A stretch of DNA of 64,000 nt, from the NCBI GenBank assembly GCA_031414955.1, contig JANOQV010000012.1, positions 31,100-95,099 of the forward strand. Reading direction: 5' to 3'. Positions 16,973 through 27,500 of the stretch are shown here, in pieces. This DNA comes from Pedosphaera sp. (GTDB taxonomy: Bacteria > Verrucomicrobiota > Verrucomicrobiia > Limisphaerales > SIBH01). The notes below the pieces were generated by a model that had not been told where the DNA came from, ran no database searches, and worked only from the letters and a program-made list of their open reading frames with translations. Position numbers and translations under genes: made by a program. How positions within the stretch are numbered: position 1 is the first letter of the stretch; every line of letters starts with the position of its first letter.

Positions 16973-19195
16973 TCAGTGCTGGAACAGGAATTCACGGCTG
17001 GTCAGGAGGGACCAGAAGATGTCCTCGACGATCAGGCGTTGCTCACCGGCGGAAGCCTCGCGCAGCATCGGCCCGAACTGCTCGAGTTCCTTGACCGAGG
17101 GCGGACGGCCCAGGCAGAGCAGCCAGGCCTCGCGGAGGAGTTGCTCCGGCGGCGGATTCGTCGCCAGGATTTTGGCGAGGCGTCCGTTGGTGGAAGCGAG
17201 CTTGTCGTTGATGGTGCCGCCGTTGGAGAGGTGCAACACCTGCACCAGGCTGGGCTGGTTGGAGCGTTCGCACTCGCAGGTGATTTCACGCTCGTTCCGG
17301 CCAAAGGTTTTCAGGAAGTAGTTCTTCACCTTCGAGTCGTAGAGTTGCACCGCGCGAGTGGTGTTGGTGTAGAGAGAAACCTTTTCCGTGGAACCGTCGT
17401 TGAGCGCGAGTTCGGTGTACTTGTCGCGCACGGCCGTGATGTCCGCGATGGCGTCGCTCAACACCTCGGCACTGAGCCGGCGCGGGAAGAAGCGCGAGTA
17501 ATGGCGGCGGTCCTCGCGGTTCTCGGCCAGCGGCTCGCTGGAGCGGCGATAGGTCTGGGAGGTGAGAATCAGCCGCATCAAGGCGCGCAGGTCGTAGCGT
17601 TGCTCCACCGTGGAGGCGGCCAGCGCCGCGAACAGTTGCTCATTGCTGGCCGGATTGGAGACGCGCAGATCATCGACGGACTCGACCAGGCCCACGCCGA
17701 GGAAGCTGGCCCAGACGCGGTTGACGATGGCGCGGCTGAAATACGGATTCTCCGGCGCGGTCAGCCAGTCCGCCAACACCTCTCGTCGGTCGCGCGTGTT
17801 TTCAGCCGGAATGGCCGGGGCGTCGAGCGGGGCGGGCGGCTGGGGTTGGCCGGTGCGCGGCTGAAGCAAGTCGCCGTGCGACTCGACGTAGAGCGTGCGC
17901 TGGCCGTCACCGCTGCGGGAATCGCCGCCCCAGCCCTTGGCCCGGACACGCGCGAAGAGGTTGGCGAACTGGTAATACTGATCGTTGGTCCACTTCTCGA
18001 GCGGATGATTGTGGCAGCGCGCGCAGCCGATGGAGAGCGAGAGAAAAGCCTGGCTCACGTTCTCGGCCATCGACTCCGGGTCCTGATGTACGGCGTAGAA
18101 ATTGGACTCCCCGTCCTCCAGCGAGGAGCCGCGCGCGGTCACTACTTCGCGGACCAATTTATCCCAGGGCGTGTTCTCGGCCACGCGTTGCCGAATCCAG
18201 CCATAGTAGGACTTCACCGCCGCAGGCCGCAGCTTCGCGCCGCTTACCAGCAGCAAGTCCGACCATTTGTAAGCCCAGTAGTCCACGAATTCGGGCGTGT
18301 TCAACAGGCGATCGGCCAGGCGGGCGTGTTTGTCCGGCGCGGCATTGGTGACGAAGGCGTTGACCTCCTCGGGCGTGGGCAGCCGACCGATGGTATCCAG
18401 CGTGGCGCGGCGGACGAAGGTGGCATCACGGGCGGGGGGCGAGGGCTTCAGGTTGAGCCGCTCCAACTGCGCGAGCACCAGGTCGTCGATCAAGTTGGCG
18501 CGCGGCGCACGGGCGAAAACGGCGGCGGGCAGATTGTTCGAGTAGGGCGAGGTCAGGCGGGCAATGACAATGCGGGAAGAATACCACGCGGTGATCGCGC
18601 CGGCCCCGGGACCGAGCACGGTGACGTGGCCATTGGCCTCGACGGTGGCCACGGTTTCGTCCGTGGAGGTGAACTTCGCCCAGCGCGTCACGTCGCGTTC
18701 CTGGCCGTCGCTGAACCGGGCGCGTACGACGAGCTTCAAGCTTTGGCCCTGCTGCACGGTGCTTTCCGCCGGCGTGATCGTGAGGTGCGTCATCTGGGCC
18801 TCATCCGGCCGCGGACCGGGCGCGCCCTCGGCAATCCAGGCCGCGAGAATGCGGTAGTCGTCCGAATCGACGGCGATGCGCTTGCCGCCCTTGTGCTTCA
18901 AGGCCGTGGTCGGCTTGGTCAGGAACAGGCTGGCCCCGGGCTGGGCCAGGTCGATGCGCCGGCCCCGCGACTCGCGGGTGAGGGCCAGGTAATCAGCCTC
19001 GGGATTGTAGCCGAAGAGGGAGAGCTTGAAACCGCCCTTCCCCGCCAGCGCCCCATGACAGCCGCCGCCGTTGCAGTTGGCCTTGGAGAGGACGGGAAGG
19101 ACATCGTTGCGAAACGAGGTCGCGGCGTGCGCGGACGTGAACAAGGAGAACGCGAGCGCCAGGAACAGAAGACGGGGTTTCTGCAAACGGCTCAC
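16973..19195 (-). CDS. DUF1549/DUF1553 (PSD1) domain protein with a Big_2-like Ig domain
   Basis: 'CNGGGCHG' and 'CARCHNHPLEKWTNDQYYQFANLF' motifs, with a C-terminal 'LTSREFLFQH'. A GTG start at 19195 gives the signal peptide VSRLQKPRLLFLALAFSLFTSAHA. It overlaps the upstream stop as GTGA. Confidence 0.85.
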   Translation of the reverse strand: MSRLQKPRLLFLALAFSLFTSAHAATSFRNDVLPVLSKANCNGGGCHGALAGKGGFKLSLFGYNPEADYLALTRESRGRRIDLAQPGASLFLTKPTTALKHKGGKRIAVDSDDYRILAAWIAEGAPGPRPDEAQMTHLTITPAESTVQQGQSLKLVVRARFSDGQERDVTRWAKFTSTDETVATVEANGHVTVLGPGAGAITAWYSSRIVIARLTSPYSNNLPAAVFARAPRANLIDDLVLAQLERLNLKPSPPARDATFVRRATLDTIGRLPTPEEVNAFVTNAAPDKHARLADRLLNTPEFVDYWAYKWSDLLLVSGAKLRPAAVKSYYGWIRQRVAENTPWDKLVREVVTARGSSLEDGESNFYAVHQDPESMAENVSQAFLSLSIGCARCHNHPLEKWTNDQYYQFANLFARVRAKGWGGDSRSGDGQRTLYVESHGDLLQPRTGQPQPPAPLDAPAIPAENTRDRREVLADWLTAPENPYFSRAIVNRVWASFLGVGLVESVDDLRVSNPASNEQLFAALAASTVEQRYDLRALMRLILTSQTYRRSSEPLAENREDRRHYSRFFPRRLSAEVLSDAIADITAVRDKYTELALNDGSTEKVSLYTNTTRAVQLYDSKVKNYFLKTFGRNEREITCECERSNQPSLVQVLHLSNGGTINDKLASTNGRLAKILATNPPPEQLLREAWLLCLGRPPSVKELEQFGPMLREASAGEQRLIVEDIFWSLLTSREFLFQH

Positions 19196-20583
19196 GCGAA
19201 CAACTCCTTGATCGGCTCCGTGCCCAGATCGGTCAGCGAGAAGGGACGCCCGCCGGGGCCGGGCAGATGCGCGGCATGATTGAAGCCGAGGCTGTGAAAA
19301 ATCGTGGCCACGACATCGCCGGGCTTGGCCGGGCGCTCGGCTGGGAATCCGCCGATGGGATCGCTCGCTCCGATGACGCGTCCCCCTTTCACGCCGCCGC
19401 CGGCAAAGTAGGTGGTGAAACATTGCGGCCAATGATCGCGACCGCCGGCTGGATTCACCTTGGGCGTGCGCCCGAATTCCGACAGACAAGCCACCAGCGT
19501 GTCATCCAGCAGACCGCGCTGGCTCAGGTCTTCAATCAGGGCGCTGTAGGCCTGATCGTACATCGGGCACACCAAGTCCTTCATGCCTTCGATGGAGGTG
19601 AAGGGCTTCGAGCCGTGAATGTCCCAGGTGATTTCGTCGAAGACGGTCAGGAAAGTGTTGATGGTGATGAAGCGCACCCCGCCCTCCACGAGCCGCCGCG
19701 CCAGCAGGCAGCATTGGCCGAAGCGGTTCATGCCGTAGCGCTCCCGCACCGCCATCGGTTCCTTGGTCAGATCAAAGGCCGCGCGCGCCTGGGCGCTGGT
19801 CATCATGCGGAAGGCGGCGTGGAAATTCTCGTCGAGCAACCGCGCATCTTCGCTCGCCTCGAAGTCCGCCACGGTCTGCTCCACGATGTCGCGCATCTTG
19901 CGGCGGCGTTCGAGCCGGTGCGCGCCGATTTGATCCGGCGGCAACAAGTCCGGCACTCTGAAATCCTTCTTCGACGGATCAGCCATGAGGGCAAAAGGAT
20001 CGTGGGCCTTGCCCAGGAAACCGCCGGCCTGGCCGTTGGGCAAATTGCCGCCGCCCCGGCCCATCAACTGTGGCAGCACCACAAAGGGCGGCAGGTCGGT
20101 CTTGCGCCCCATCAGGTGCGCGGTCACTGCACCGGCGTGCGGCGTGTGAATGCCGCCCGTAAAGCGCCGCCCCGTCTGCATCATCTGCCAGCCCGCGTCA
20201 TGCACGGCCGCGCCATCGTGATGACAGGAGCGCACGAGCGAAAACTTGTCGGCGATTTTCGCGTGGAGCGGGAGCAGTTCGGAAAGCTCGAAGGCGTCGG
20301 ACTTGGTGCGGATCGGTTTGAACGGGCCGCGAATCTCGCTCGGCGCGTCGGGCTTCATGTCCCACAGATCGATATGACTCGGTCCGCCGAGGTTGAAGAT
20401 CATGATGCACGAACGCTGATCCTGGCCCGGCTTCACCAACCCGGCCTGCTTGGCCTGCAACAGTTGCGGCAGCGAAAGACCGATGGCGGCCAGCGAGCCG
20501 ATCTGGAGGAACTCCCGGCGGCTGTGGCCGGGGCCGCACAGGCGCGCCCGGTCCTGCGGTGATTCAGCGAGGAAATCGAACAT
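19192..20583 (-). CDS. DUF1501 (sulfatase-fold) protein with a twin-arginine signal
   Basis: 'HSRREFLQIGSLAAIGLSL' Tat-like leader from the Met at 20583. 'DLWDMKP', 'FITINTF..WDIHG' and 'GRDHW' are typical DUF1501 blocks. Confidence 0.85.
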   Translation of the reverse strand: MFDFLAESPQDRARLCGPGHSRREFLQIGSLAAIGLSLPQLLQAKQAGLVKPGQDQRSCIMIFNLGGPSHIDLWDMKPDAPSEIRGPFKPIRTKSDAFELSELLPLHAKIADKFSLVRSCHHDGAAVHDAGWQMMQTGRRFTGGIHTPHAGAVTAHLMGRKTDLPPFVVLPQLMGRGGGNLPNGQAGGFLGKAHDPFALMADPSKKDFRVPDLLPPDQIGAHRLERRRKMRDIVEQTVADFEASEDARLLDENFHAAFRMMTSAQARAAFDLTKEPMAVRERYGMNRFGQCCLLARRLVEGGVRFITINTFLTVFDEITWDIHGSKPFTSIEGMKDLVCPMYDQAYSALIEDLSQRGLLDDTLVACLSEFGRTPKVNPAGGRDHWPQCFTTYFAGGGVKGGRVIGASDPIGGFPAERPAKPGDVVATIFHSLGFNHAAHLPGPGGRPFSLTDLGTEPIKELFA

Positions 20584-20653
20584 GGCCGCAGGTTGCCAGA
20601 ACCCGGCCCGTTCCGGCCTTGATAGAAACCGCATCTTTTTGTAATTAAACCGC

Positions 20654-21430
20654 ATGGCTGCAACCGTTATTCGCCCGCCCCCGGCCCCCGCCCTGGTGCG
20701 GGAGTTTTTCGCCGCGCTCGGCGAAGGCACGCCCTGGTTCCAGCTCTTCGACCATCTGCCGCGCGTTTACCTCTTCGTGAAGGATGCGCGCGGCCGCTTC
20801 ATGAAGGTGAACCGGGCCGAGCTTGATCTGCATGGCTGCCGGCAGGAGTCCGAGATGCTGGGCCGGACCGACTACGACTTCCATCCGCCGGCCATGGCCG
20901 CGCAATACGTGGAGGAGGATCAGCGCGTGATGAAGTCCCGCCGCCAGCTCCGGGACCAGGTCTGGCTGGTCATGGGCCATGACCGGATGCCGCGCTGGTA
21001 TTTAAGCACCAAGATTCCGCTCCTGGGCCGCGACGGGAAGCCCGTCGGCATCGCGGGTGTGATGCGACCCTACGACCACACCGGAGTCTCCCCGGCGGAT
21101 TACAATCGCCTCACGCCCGTCATGGAATACGTCCTGGCCCATTACGGCAAACGCATCGAGGTGGCCCAGCTCGCCGCGCGCGCCCACGTCTCGGTCAGCC
21201 AGTTGCAACGTGAATTCCAGAAACTCTTTGGCCTGACGCCCGGCGATTACCTCCTGAAGGTCCGCCTGCTCATGGCCCGGCGGCGGTTGGAGGAAGGAGA
21301 CGAGGCGGTCGGGGCCATCGCCCTCGACTGCGGCTTCTACGACCAAAGCCATTTCAACCGCGCCTTCCGCTCCCTGGTCGGCCTGCCGCCCAGTGATTAC
21401 CGGCGGAGGTTCCGGCGCACCAGCCGCTGA
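20654..21430 (+). CDS. AraC-family transcriptional regulator with an N-terminal PAS-like sensor domain
   Basis: C-terminal 'VSVSQLQREFQKLFGLTPGDYLLKVRL..A..L......IALDCGFYDQSHFNRAFRSLVGLPPSDYRR' is a canonical AraC HTH pair. The N-terminal 'VKDARGRFMKVNRAELDLHG' is PAS-like. Confidence 0.8.
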   Translation: MAATVIRPPPAPALVREFFAALGEGTPWFQLFDHLPRVYLFVKDARGRFMKVNRAELDLHGCRQESEMLGRTDYDFHPPAMAAQYVEEDQRVMKSRRQLRDQVWLVMGHDRMPRWYLSTKIPLLGRDGKPVGIAGVMRPYDHTGVSPADYNRLTPVMEYVLAHYGKRIEVAQLAARAHVSVSQLQREFQKLFGLTPGDYLLKVRLLMARRRLEEGDEAVGAIALDCGFYDQSHFNRAFRSLVGLPPSDYRRRFRRTSR

Positions 21431-21600
21431 GGCGCCGTGGTTCCACGCCCCCGCTGCTCCCGAACGAGGCCGGGCCGAACGACGAAACGAACGACCCGCC
21501 CGCCCCGCCGGTGCCCAAGGCTCCGTGAAGTGATGGTGGCAGTGGCGGGCCTCCTCGTGTCGCCGGCGGTTGCGTGAACGACTGGCGCAGCCGCGTTCCG

Positions 21601-22224
21601 TTAATCATTCTCCAGGCGGCGGACTTCCTTCTTGAGGCGGGTGGAGATTTTGTATTTCGCAAAATAAACCTGCGGCAATTTCGCGCCGAGGCGACGCGCC
21701 ACTTGCAAGGCCGGCATGTTCTTCACCACATGCAGGTAGAACATCTGAAACTCCCGGGCGTCGGCCTGCTCTTTGACGCGATCCAGCGCCGTGTCGAGCA
21801 GGTGGGTCCGCCATTCGTCCTCCCAGATCGCGTCCAGCGTCAGACCCGCATGGCCGGGCTGGGTTTCCAGCAGGGCGGTGCTGAGCGTCTCTTCGCGGGG
21901 CACTTGCTCGTCCCCCTGCTTGTAGCTCTTGCGGCGGAACGCGTCGATGATCCGGGACCGGGTGATTTGCAGCATCCAGCCTTTGAATGACCCGAGTTCC
22001 GGGTTGTAGCGAAACTCCGGCATGTGCCGCGAAATCGCCACGAAGGTTTCCTGGACAATGTCCTGCGCGGCGGCCTCGTTGAATCCCGCTTTTCGCGCCA
22101 CGCTAAAAATCAATTTCCAGTAGGTGTCGAAGAATTCGCGCCAGCTCTTGTCGTCCCCGAGATCCCGGAGCCGGAGCAGGAGCGTCTCGCGCGTCGGGAG
22201 CAGGTCTTCAGGTGGTGTGGTCAT
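21601..22224 (-). CDS. ECF-type RNA polymerase sigma-70 factor
   Basis: Region 2 is 'AQDIVQETFVAISRHMPEFRYNPELGSFKGWMLQITRSRIIDAFRRK'. Region 4 is 'MPALQVARRLGAKLPQVYFAKYKISTRLKKEV'. The start is at the Met 11 nt downstream of the kinase stop. No anti-sigma gene is adjacent. Confidence 0.85.
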   Translation of the reverse strand: MTTPPEDLLPTRETLLLRLRDLGDDKSWREFFDTYWKLIFSVARKAGFNEAAAQDIVQETFVAISRHMPEFRYNPELGSFKGWMLQITRSRIIDAFRRKSYKQGDEQVPREETLSTALLETQPGHAGLTLDAIWEDEWRTHLLDTALDRVKEQADAREFQMFYLHVVKNMPALQVARRLGAKLPQVYFAKYKISTRLKKEVRRLEND

Positions 22225-22235
22225 GGGAATTATTT

Positions 22236-24497
22236 TCAGGCGGGCGGTTCTGAGTCGAGCTGCTGTCGCAACTCGGCGAGACCGCGGCGCAAGTCCGCCG
22301 CGGTCTGGTGGCGTCTCGCGGGGTTGGCGTCGCACGCCTGGAGCACGATCCGGTTGAGTCCATACAGCACGTTGCCGCCGGGATTCGCGATCATGTCCGT
22401 GGGCAGTTCGGGGTAATGAGCCACCGCCAGTCCGAAACCGATCTCGTAGATGAGTTTGCCCAGGCTGTAGATGTCCGCCATCGGCGTGCCCGGCCCTTCT
22501 GGCGCGATGTAGCCCTTGGTGCCGAGGTAGGTGACGCTGGCGCCGCCCGTGGCGGCATCCGTGACCAGCCCGATGTCGGCAAACTTGGCGATGCCTTGCA
22601 CAAAAATGATGTTCGCCGGTTTGATGTCACGATGAATGAGCTTGTGCCTGTGCAGGTGATGCAGCGCATCGGCCAGGTGCATCGCGATGTCCAGGCACTC
22701 CGCCAAGGGGAGCCGCTGGCGCCGGCGCAATTCGCTCTTGAGCGTTTTTGCGGCGTAGGATTCGGGATTGATTTGCTGGCCCTGGGTTTCGTCGTCGCCC
22801 AGTTCCATCACGTAGTAGATGTAATCATCACGAACGCTGCGCCCGACGTGGAGGACGTGGACGAAACCGGGATGCGTTCGCGAAATTGGTGTGAAGCGGC
22901 TGATGCCCCGGAACTCCCGTTCGTACGGGCCCGCGTCCTGGAACACCTTCCGGTGAACGATCTTGACCGCGTGGTAGCTGCCGATGATGTCGCGCGCCAG
23001 CCACACTTCGCCATAAGCCCCCTTGCCGATGGGGCGCAGCATTTCGTGATCAGGGACGCTCGGCACCAGATCGTCCGGCTCGGGAAGAATCACCGTGCGC
23101 TCGGGCGCGACCCACGCCGCGCTGGCCGGAGCCAACGCTGGTCCGGCACTGCCCGGAGCTGGGGATCTTCCAGCCGGCGAATTCGCACCACCGCCCAAGG
23201 CGACTTCTTGTTCGAGCAGATTCATTTCCCGCTGCAATCGCCGCGTATGAATGACCACGGACCATCCGACCGCGCAGGGGATTTGCACGGCCGCGGGGAT
23301 CAGCCAGGGGAACCAGACCTGCGTGGTCAAAACGCTGATAATTCCGCCGACCGCGACGCAGCAGGCGAACACCATCCCGACCCAGACTGAGGTCAGCGGG
23401 CGCAAGGAGGTGAAATAAATTCCCACGATCGCTCCGAACAACATCACCAAGGGCAGCTCGACGAAGGGAGACAGCCGCGAGAGCGATTCGCCGCGCGCCA
23501 GGTTCAGATACGCTGTGGCGTTGACCTCGACTCCGGGCGCCTTGCGGCCGGTCCACAAGGTGTGCGGAATGCGGAAATCGTCGGTGCCCTTTCCGCCCGT
23601 AAAACCAACGCTCCACAAGGCGCCGACGAACACGACCTTGTTCGAAAAAGCCGCCACCACGTCGAAATCTTTCTCGAACACGTCCGCGTACGACTTGTGC
23701 GGCAGGTAGCCGGGCGGACCATAAAAGTTGACCCAGTGCCGCGCGAAGGGATCGCCGTCCAATTTTCCATGCGCCAGTTCCGCCGCGCGCCAGGCGAGGC
23801 TGGGGATTTGGAACACCGTGTCGCGATAATGTTCGCGCACGGCTTTGCTCGCGTCGCTGGCCTCGCTCATTCCCCAGGCGCTCACGGCGGCGAGTTCGTC
23901 GAAGGGCTTGATGATCTCGGAGCCGATGATTTCGCCGGCATGGACCCGGAAACCGTTGATGGCCGCCACCACGACTTTGCCATTCTCCCGCGCGGCCGCG
24001 GCGAGTTCGCGATTGGCCACCAGGTTGGTGTCTGCGCCGAACACCACGTCGAACACCACGGCCTTCGCTCCCGCCCCGGTGAGCCTCCGAATCAGCCGCG
24101 CATGCACCGTCCGATCCCATCTGTCCCATCGGCCCTGGCCCAGCGCCGCTTCGGAATGCTCGTCCATGTAGAGCACCACCACTTCATTCACCGGGACGGT
24201 CGCGCGAAAATAAAAAGGCAGGTCATAGCTGTAATTCGCCGGCCCTTGCAGGAAAGGAAGCGTGAGAAAGCACAGGCCGAGCAGGGCGGGAAAGGCGGCG
24301 GCGGTGGCCGGGGCGAGCCACTTGCGTCCGGCCCGGGAATCAAACATGCGCTGGAGCTGTGGTGATGAACCCTGGGGCCGGTCCGCCCCGGCGGGCTGGC
24401 CCGGTCGTTCCTTCTGAATGGGGCTTTGCAGGTTCACAATCGCGCGGCTGTCGATGAGCCGGATACGTCCGCAGTTTGAACCGCGGTCCCGGCGCAA
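22236..24497 (-). CDS. CHASE2 sensor-domain transmembrane Ser/Thr protein kinase
   Basis: N-terminal TM segment, then a periplasmic CHASE2-like region ('VVVLYMDE..', 'VVFDVVF', 'KVVFVGA') and a cluster of TM helices. The Hanks kinase carries 'GKGAYGEVWLA', 'HAVKIV', 'HRDIKPANIIF', 'DIGLV', 'GTKGYIAPE'. An alternative start is the Met at 24347. Confidence 0.85.
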   Translation of the reverse strand: MRRDRGSNCGRIRLIDSRAIVNLQSPIQKERPGQPAGADRPQGSSPQLQRMFDSRAGRKWLAPATAAAFPALLGLCFLTLPFLQGPANYSYDLPFYFRATVPVNEVVVLYMDEHSEAALGQGRWDRWDRTVHARLIRRLTGAGAKAVVFDVVFGADTNLVANRELAAAARENGKVVVAAINGFRVHAGEIIGSEIIKPFDELAAVSAWGMSEASDASKAVREHYRDTVFQIPSLAWRAAELAHGKLDGDPFARHWVNFYGPPGYLPHKSYADVFEKDFDVVAAFSNKVVFVGALWSVGFTGGKGTDDFRIPHTLWTGRKAPGVEVNATAYLNLARGESLSRLSPFVELPLVMLFGAIVGIYFTSLRPLTSVWVGMVFACCVAVGGIISVLTTQVWFPWLIPAAVQIPCAVGWSVVIHTRRLQREMNLLEQEVALGGGANSPAGRSPAPGSAGPALAPASAAWVAPERTVILPEPDDLVPSVPDHEMLRPIGKGAYGEVWLARDIIGSYHAVKIVHRKVFQDAGPYEREFRGISRFTPISRTHPGFVHVLHVGRSVRDDYIYYVMELGDDETQGQQINPESYAAKTLKSELRRRQRLPLAECLDIAMHLADALHHLHRHKLIHRDIKPANIIFVQGIAKFADIGLVTDAATGGASVTYLGTKGYIAPEGPGTPMADIYSLGKLIYEIGFGLAVAHYPELPTDMIANPGGNVLYGLNRIVLQACDANPARRHQTAADLRRGLAELRQQLDSEPPA

Positions 24498-24507
24498 ACG
24501 AGCCTCA

Positions 24508-27500
24508 TCAAAAATTAAATTTCAGCCGGGCCACGTAAGTTCTTTCGCGCGGCAGTTCCGCCGTCAGGTTCAACGGACTCAGCCGGTAGTCTTCGCCCGT
24601 CAGGTTCAGCACGCCGACCCGGACTTCAAAGCGTCGCTGAAATCCGCGCCATCCGGCATACAGATTGAACTGCCAGAACTCGTCGTCGGTCCCCGCCCCC
24701 GCTCCGCCGTTGATCTGACCGTTCCAAAGCGCCTCCGCCTGGGAGAAAAAGCCGGAGCGGTGATTGAAAATCGCGAAGAGATTCACCTGGTGCAACAAGG
24801 CGTCGCTCTTTGTGCGCGAATGAAAATCCAGGGCGGTCAGTGCGTTCCCGGGGATGTCTCTGAAGTGACTTTCCAGCTCGGCGTAGCTGACGCGGTAACG
24901 CACCCCGAGCGACCAGTCATCCGCGACGAGCTGGTTGAGGGTCAGCGCCACGGTCCGCTCCTGGTAATCCAGACGCTGGCGCGTCGAGGATCGTGCGACT
25001 TGGAATGACGGCAGAAAATCATAGACCCCGAAGTCCCGCTCGAGCTCCGATCGCAGCCATTCGCCGGACAGCCCGACATACGTGCCCTTCCCGAACCGCT
25101 GCTCGATCGACGCACCCCAGTTCTCGAAACTGGCCGCCGAGTTCGCGCCCGCAATCGACTCGGGAATAATGCTGCGAAACGCCTGGTTGAAGCCGGCCAC
25201 CTGCGTCGGCTCCAGACGAAAGCTCTGGTCGAAGCCGACCCCGCCGAGGGATTGCGAGTAGGCCGCGCGCAGCGTCGTGCGATCCGTCGGCGTCCAAATC
25301 AAACCGCCCTTGGGAGAAATTTGATCCGTCTCGTCTTCGCCCGCCCCGAGCGGCGCGTAACGAAAGTTCACCGGATAACGCAGCCAGTCATAACTCACTC
25401 CGGCCACCAGCAGGAGCGGCGTCACGGGACGCCAGTGGTAGTACCCGTAGCCGCTCGCACGCTCCATCTGCGAATCAACACTTTCGCGCCCGGTCGGAAA
25501 CAGCGCCGAGACAAAACCCGGAATAGGCGGAGGGACTTGCGCATTCATCTGCTCGCTGCGCGTCTCGAACTGCCCGGCCTGGTACCGGCCACCGACAATG
25601 AAGGCGTGATTCTCAGTCTGCCAAAGCTGCTGCAACTCGGCCGTGAACAGCCCAAGGTCGGTGGCATACTTCTGCTCGATCAGGATCGGCACCGCGTCCG
25701 TCACCTTGCCGCCTGAGTCCTTGCCCAGCAGCAGGGTTTGTTGCTGGCCGTTCTTGACCATCATCTCGTCCTGCAACCAGCCGACGAGGGCCAGGGTGTG
25801 AACGCCGGGCGCCCACTTGTGTTGCCAGCCCGCCAGCAACAACGGCTCCTGCCGCTCCTCTACGCGCAAGGTGCGGTTGGCCGAGGCCGGATCCTGCCGG
25901 GTCAGCAGATCGCCGCCTTCGATTTCACTGCGCACCGCGTGGAAGTAAAGGCTGTCTTCGGGCGTGATCTGGTACTTGAGCTGCAAGGACAGTTCATTCT
26001 GCTCCAGGTCGTTGCTGGCGCGCTGGCCCTGGTCGGAATTGTAGAACGCGGACACCGCGTAGCTGAAATTTTCGACGCTTCCGTATTGCGCGCCGGACTG
26101 CCACCACGCGCCGCGACTGTAGTATTCCGTGCTCGAGGAAACGCCCAGTCCGTCGCGCTCGAAGAGCTTTGAGTATTCGTTCTGGGTGACCGACTGCGCG
26201 AGGGTGCCCGCGCCGATCGGCGCGAGCAGGTTGGCCAGCAGGTATTCGGTCACGGCGGCCGTCTCGAACCGCTGGCTGATGCGCGCGGGATCGCGCCGGC
26301 GCTCATACGTCTCCGCGAGAAACAGGTGCGTCGAGTAATTCGCGGGATCAGCTTCCACGGCCCGGCCCGCTTCGCGCGCACTCACCTCCAACATGCCGGC
26401 ATCATCGTATAAGCCGGCCAGGTTCACGGCCTGCACGGCCAGATCCTGATCCAGCGTCAGGCGCGGGCGAAAGACCCGCCGGTTCTCGTTCAATTCACGC
26501 GCGTGTTCCAGATCCCGCACGCCTTCGTTGATTCGGTTCACGTCCCGGTTCAGCAGGGCCGAGTAAAGCCACGCCGTCGGGTCGTTGGGATCGAGGCTCT
26601 GCGCGAGATGCAGTTCTTTGCGCGCGCGCAGGACATCACGTTCGTTGCTGAAGGCTTTGCCCAGGTAGCTGCGAAAAATCGCGCGCTGCGGTTCGACCGT
26701 TGCCGCCACTTGCAAATCCTCCCGGCCACCCGCGAGATCACCGCGACGGATACGGCACAGGCCGCGTCCCAGCCAGGCGTTCCCCATCGCGCTGTTGAGC
26801 ACGATGGCTTCGTCGAAGGCCGCGATGGCTTCCCGGGTGCGATTGTCCGCGGCGAACAGAAATCCCCGGAGCGCGACGGCGTGGGCGTTGCGCGGCGCCA
26901 GGGATAAACTTTTCTCCACGGCCTCGCGCGCTGGCGTCGTTCGCCCGAAACTGAATTCCAATTCGGCCACCCGCGCCCAGGCAAAACTGAAACCGGGCGA
27001 CACCCCGGTGGCACGCCGCGCGAATTCCAGCGCCTCCTTCAGTTCGCCGCGCGACTGCGCGAAATACGATTCCGCGAGCAGCTTTGTGGCGGTCCCGGCT
27101 GCGCCTTGCTCCCTCTCCTGGGGGAGAGGGCCGGGGTGAGGGCGCAATTGAATCGCGGCCATGACCGTGCGCAGCGCCCGCGCTATCGACGCCGCTGGGC
27201 TGTTCACATCGGGAATCGTATTGAGAGCAGCCTGCGCCAGCCCGACCTCGCCGACCGCGAGGTCCAGCGCGGCCAGATAAACTTTCTCCGCATCCGAGGC
27301 GGGCTGACGGTTCGCCGGATAATTCGTCACCGCCGCGATCAAGTCGCCGCTGCGATACGCCGCCAGCGACGCCTCCAACGCCTGCGCCTCCGCTGGCGTG
27401 AGCGGCAGCTCCTCCAAATCCAAAACGCCGGGGTAATACAGCACCCATTGAATCACGTTCACCGCTTCGAGAGCGGGCACCTTGACTGGAGCAGAGTTCA

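Noticed and set aside
15818-19279. 1153-aa ORF on the + strand, among the longest in the track after the giant surface-protein genes
   Set aside because: It is antisense to the WD40 and DUF1549/DUF1553 genes. It has low-complexity Arg/Gly/Ala-rich content with no motifs. It is a typical shadow ORF of high-GC DNA, whereas the minus-strand partners have clear domain signatures.
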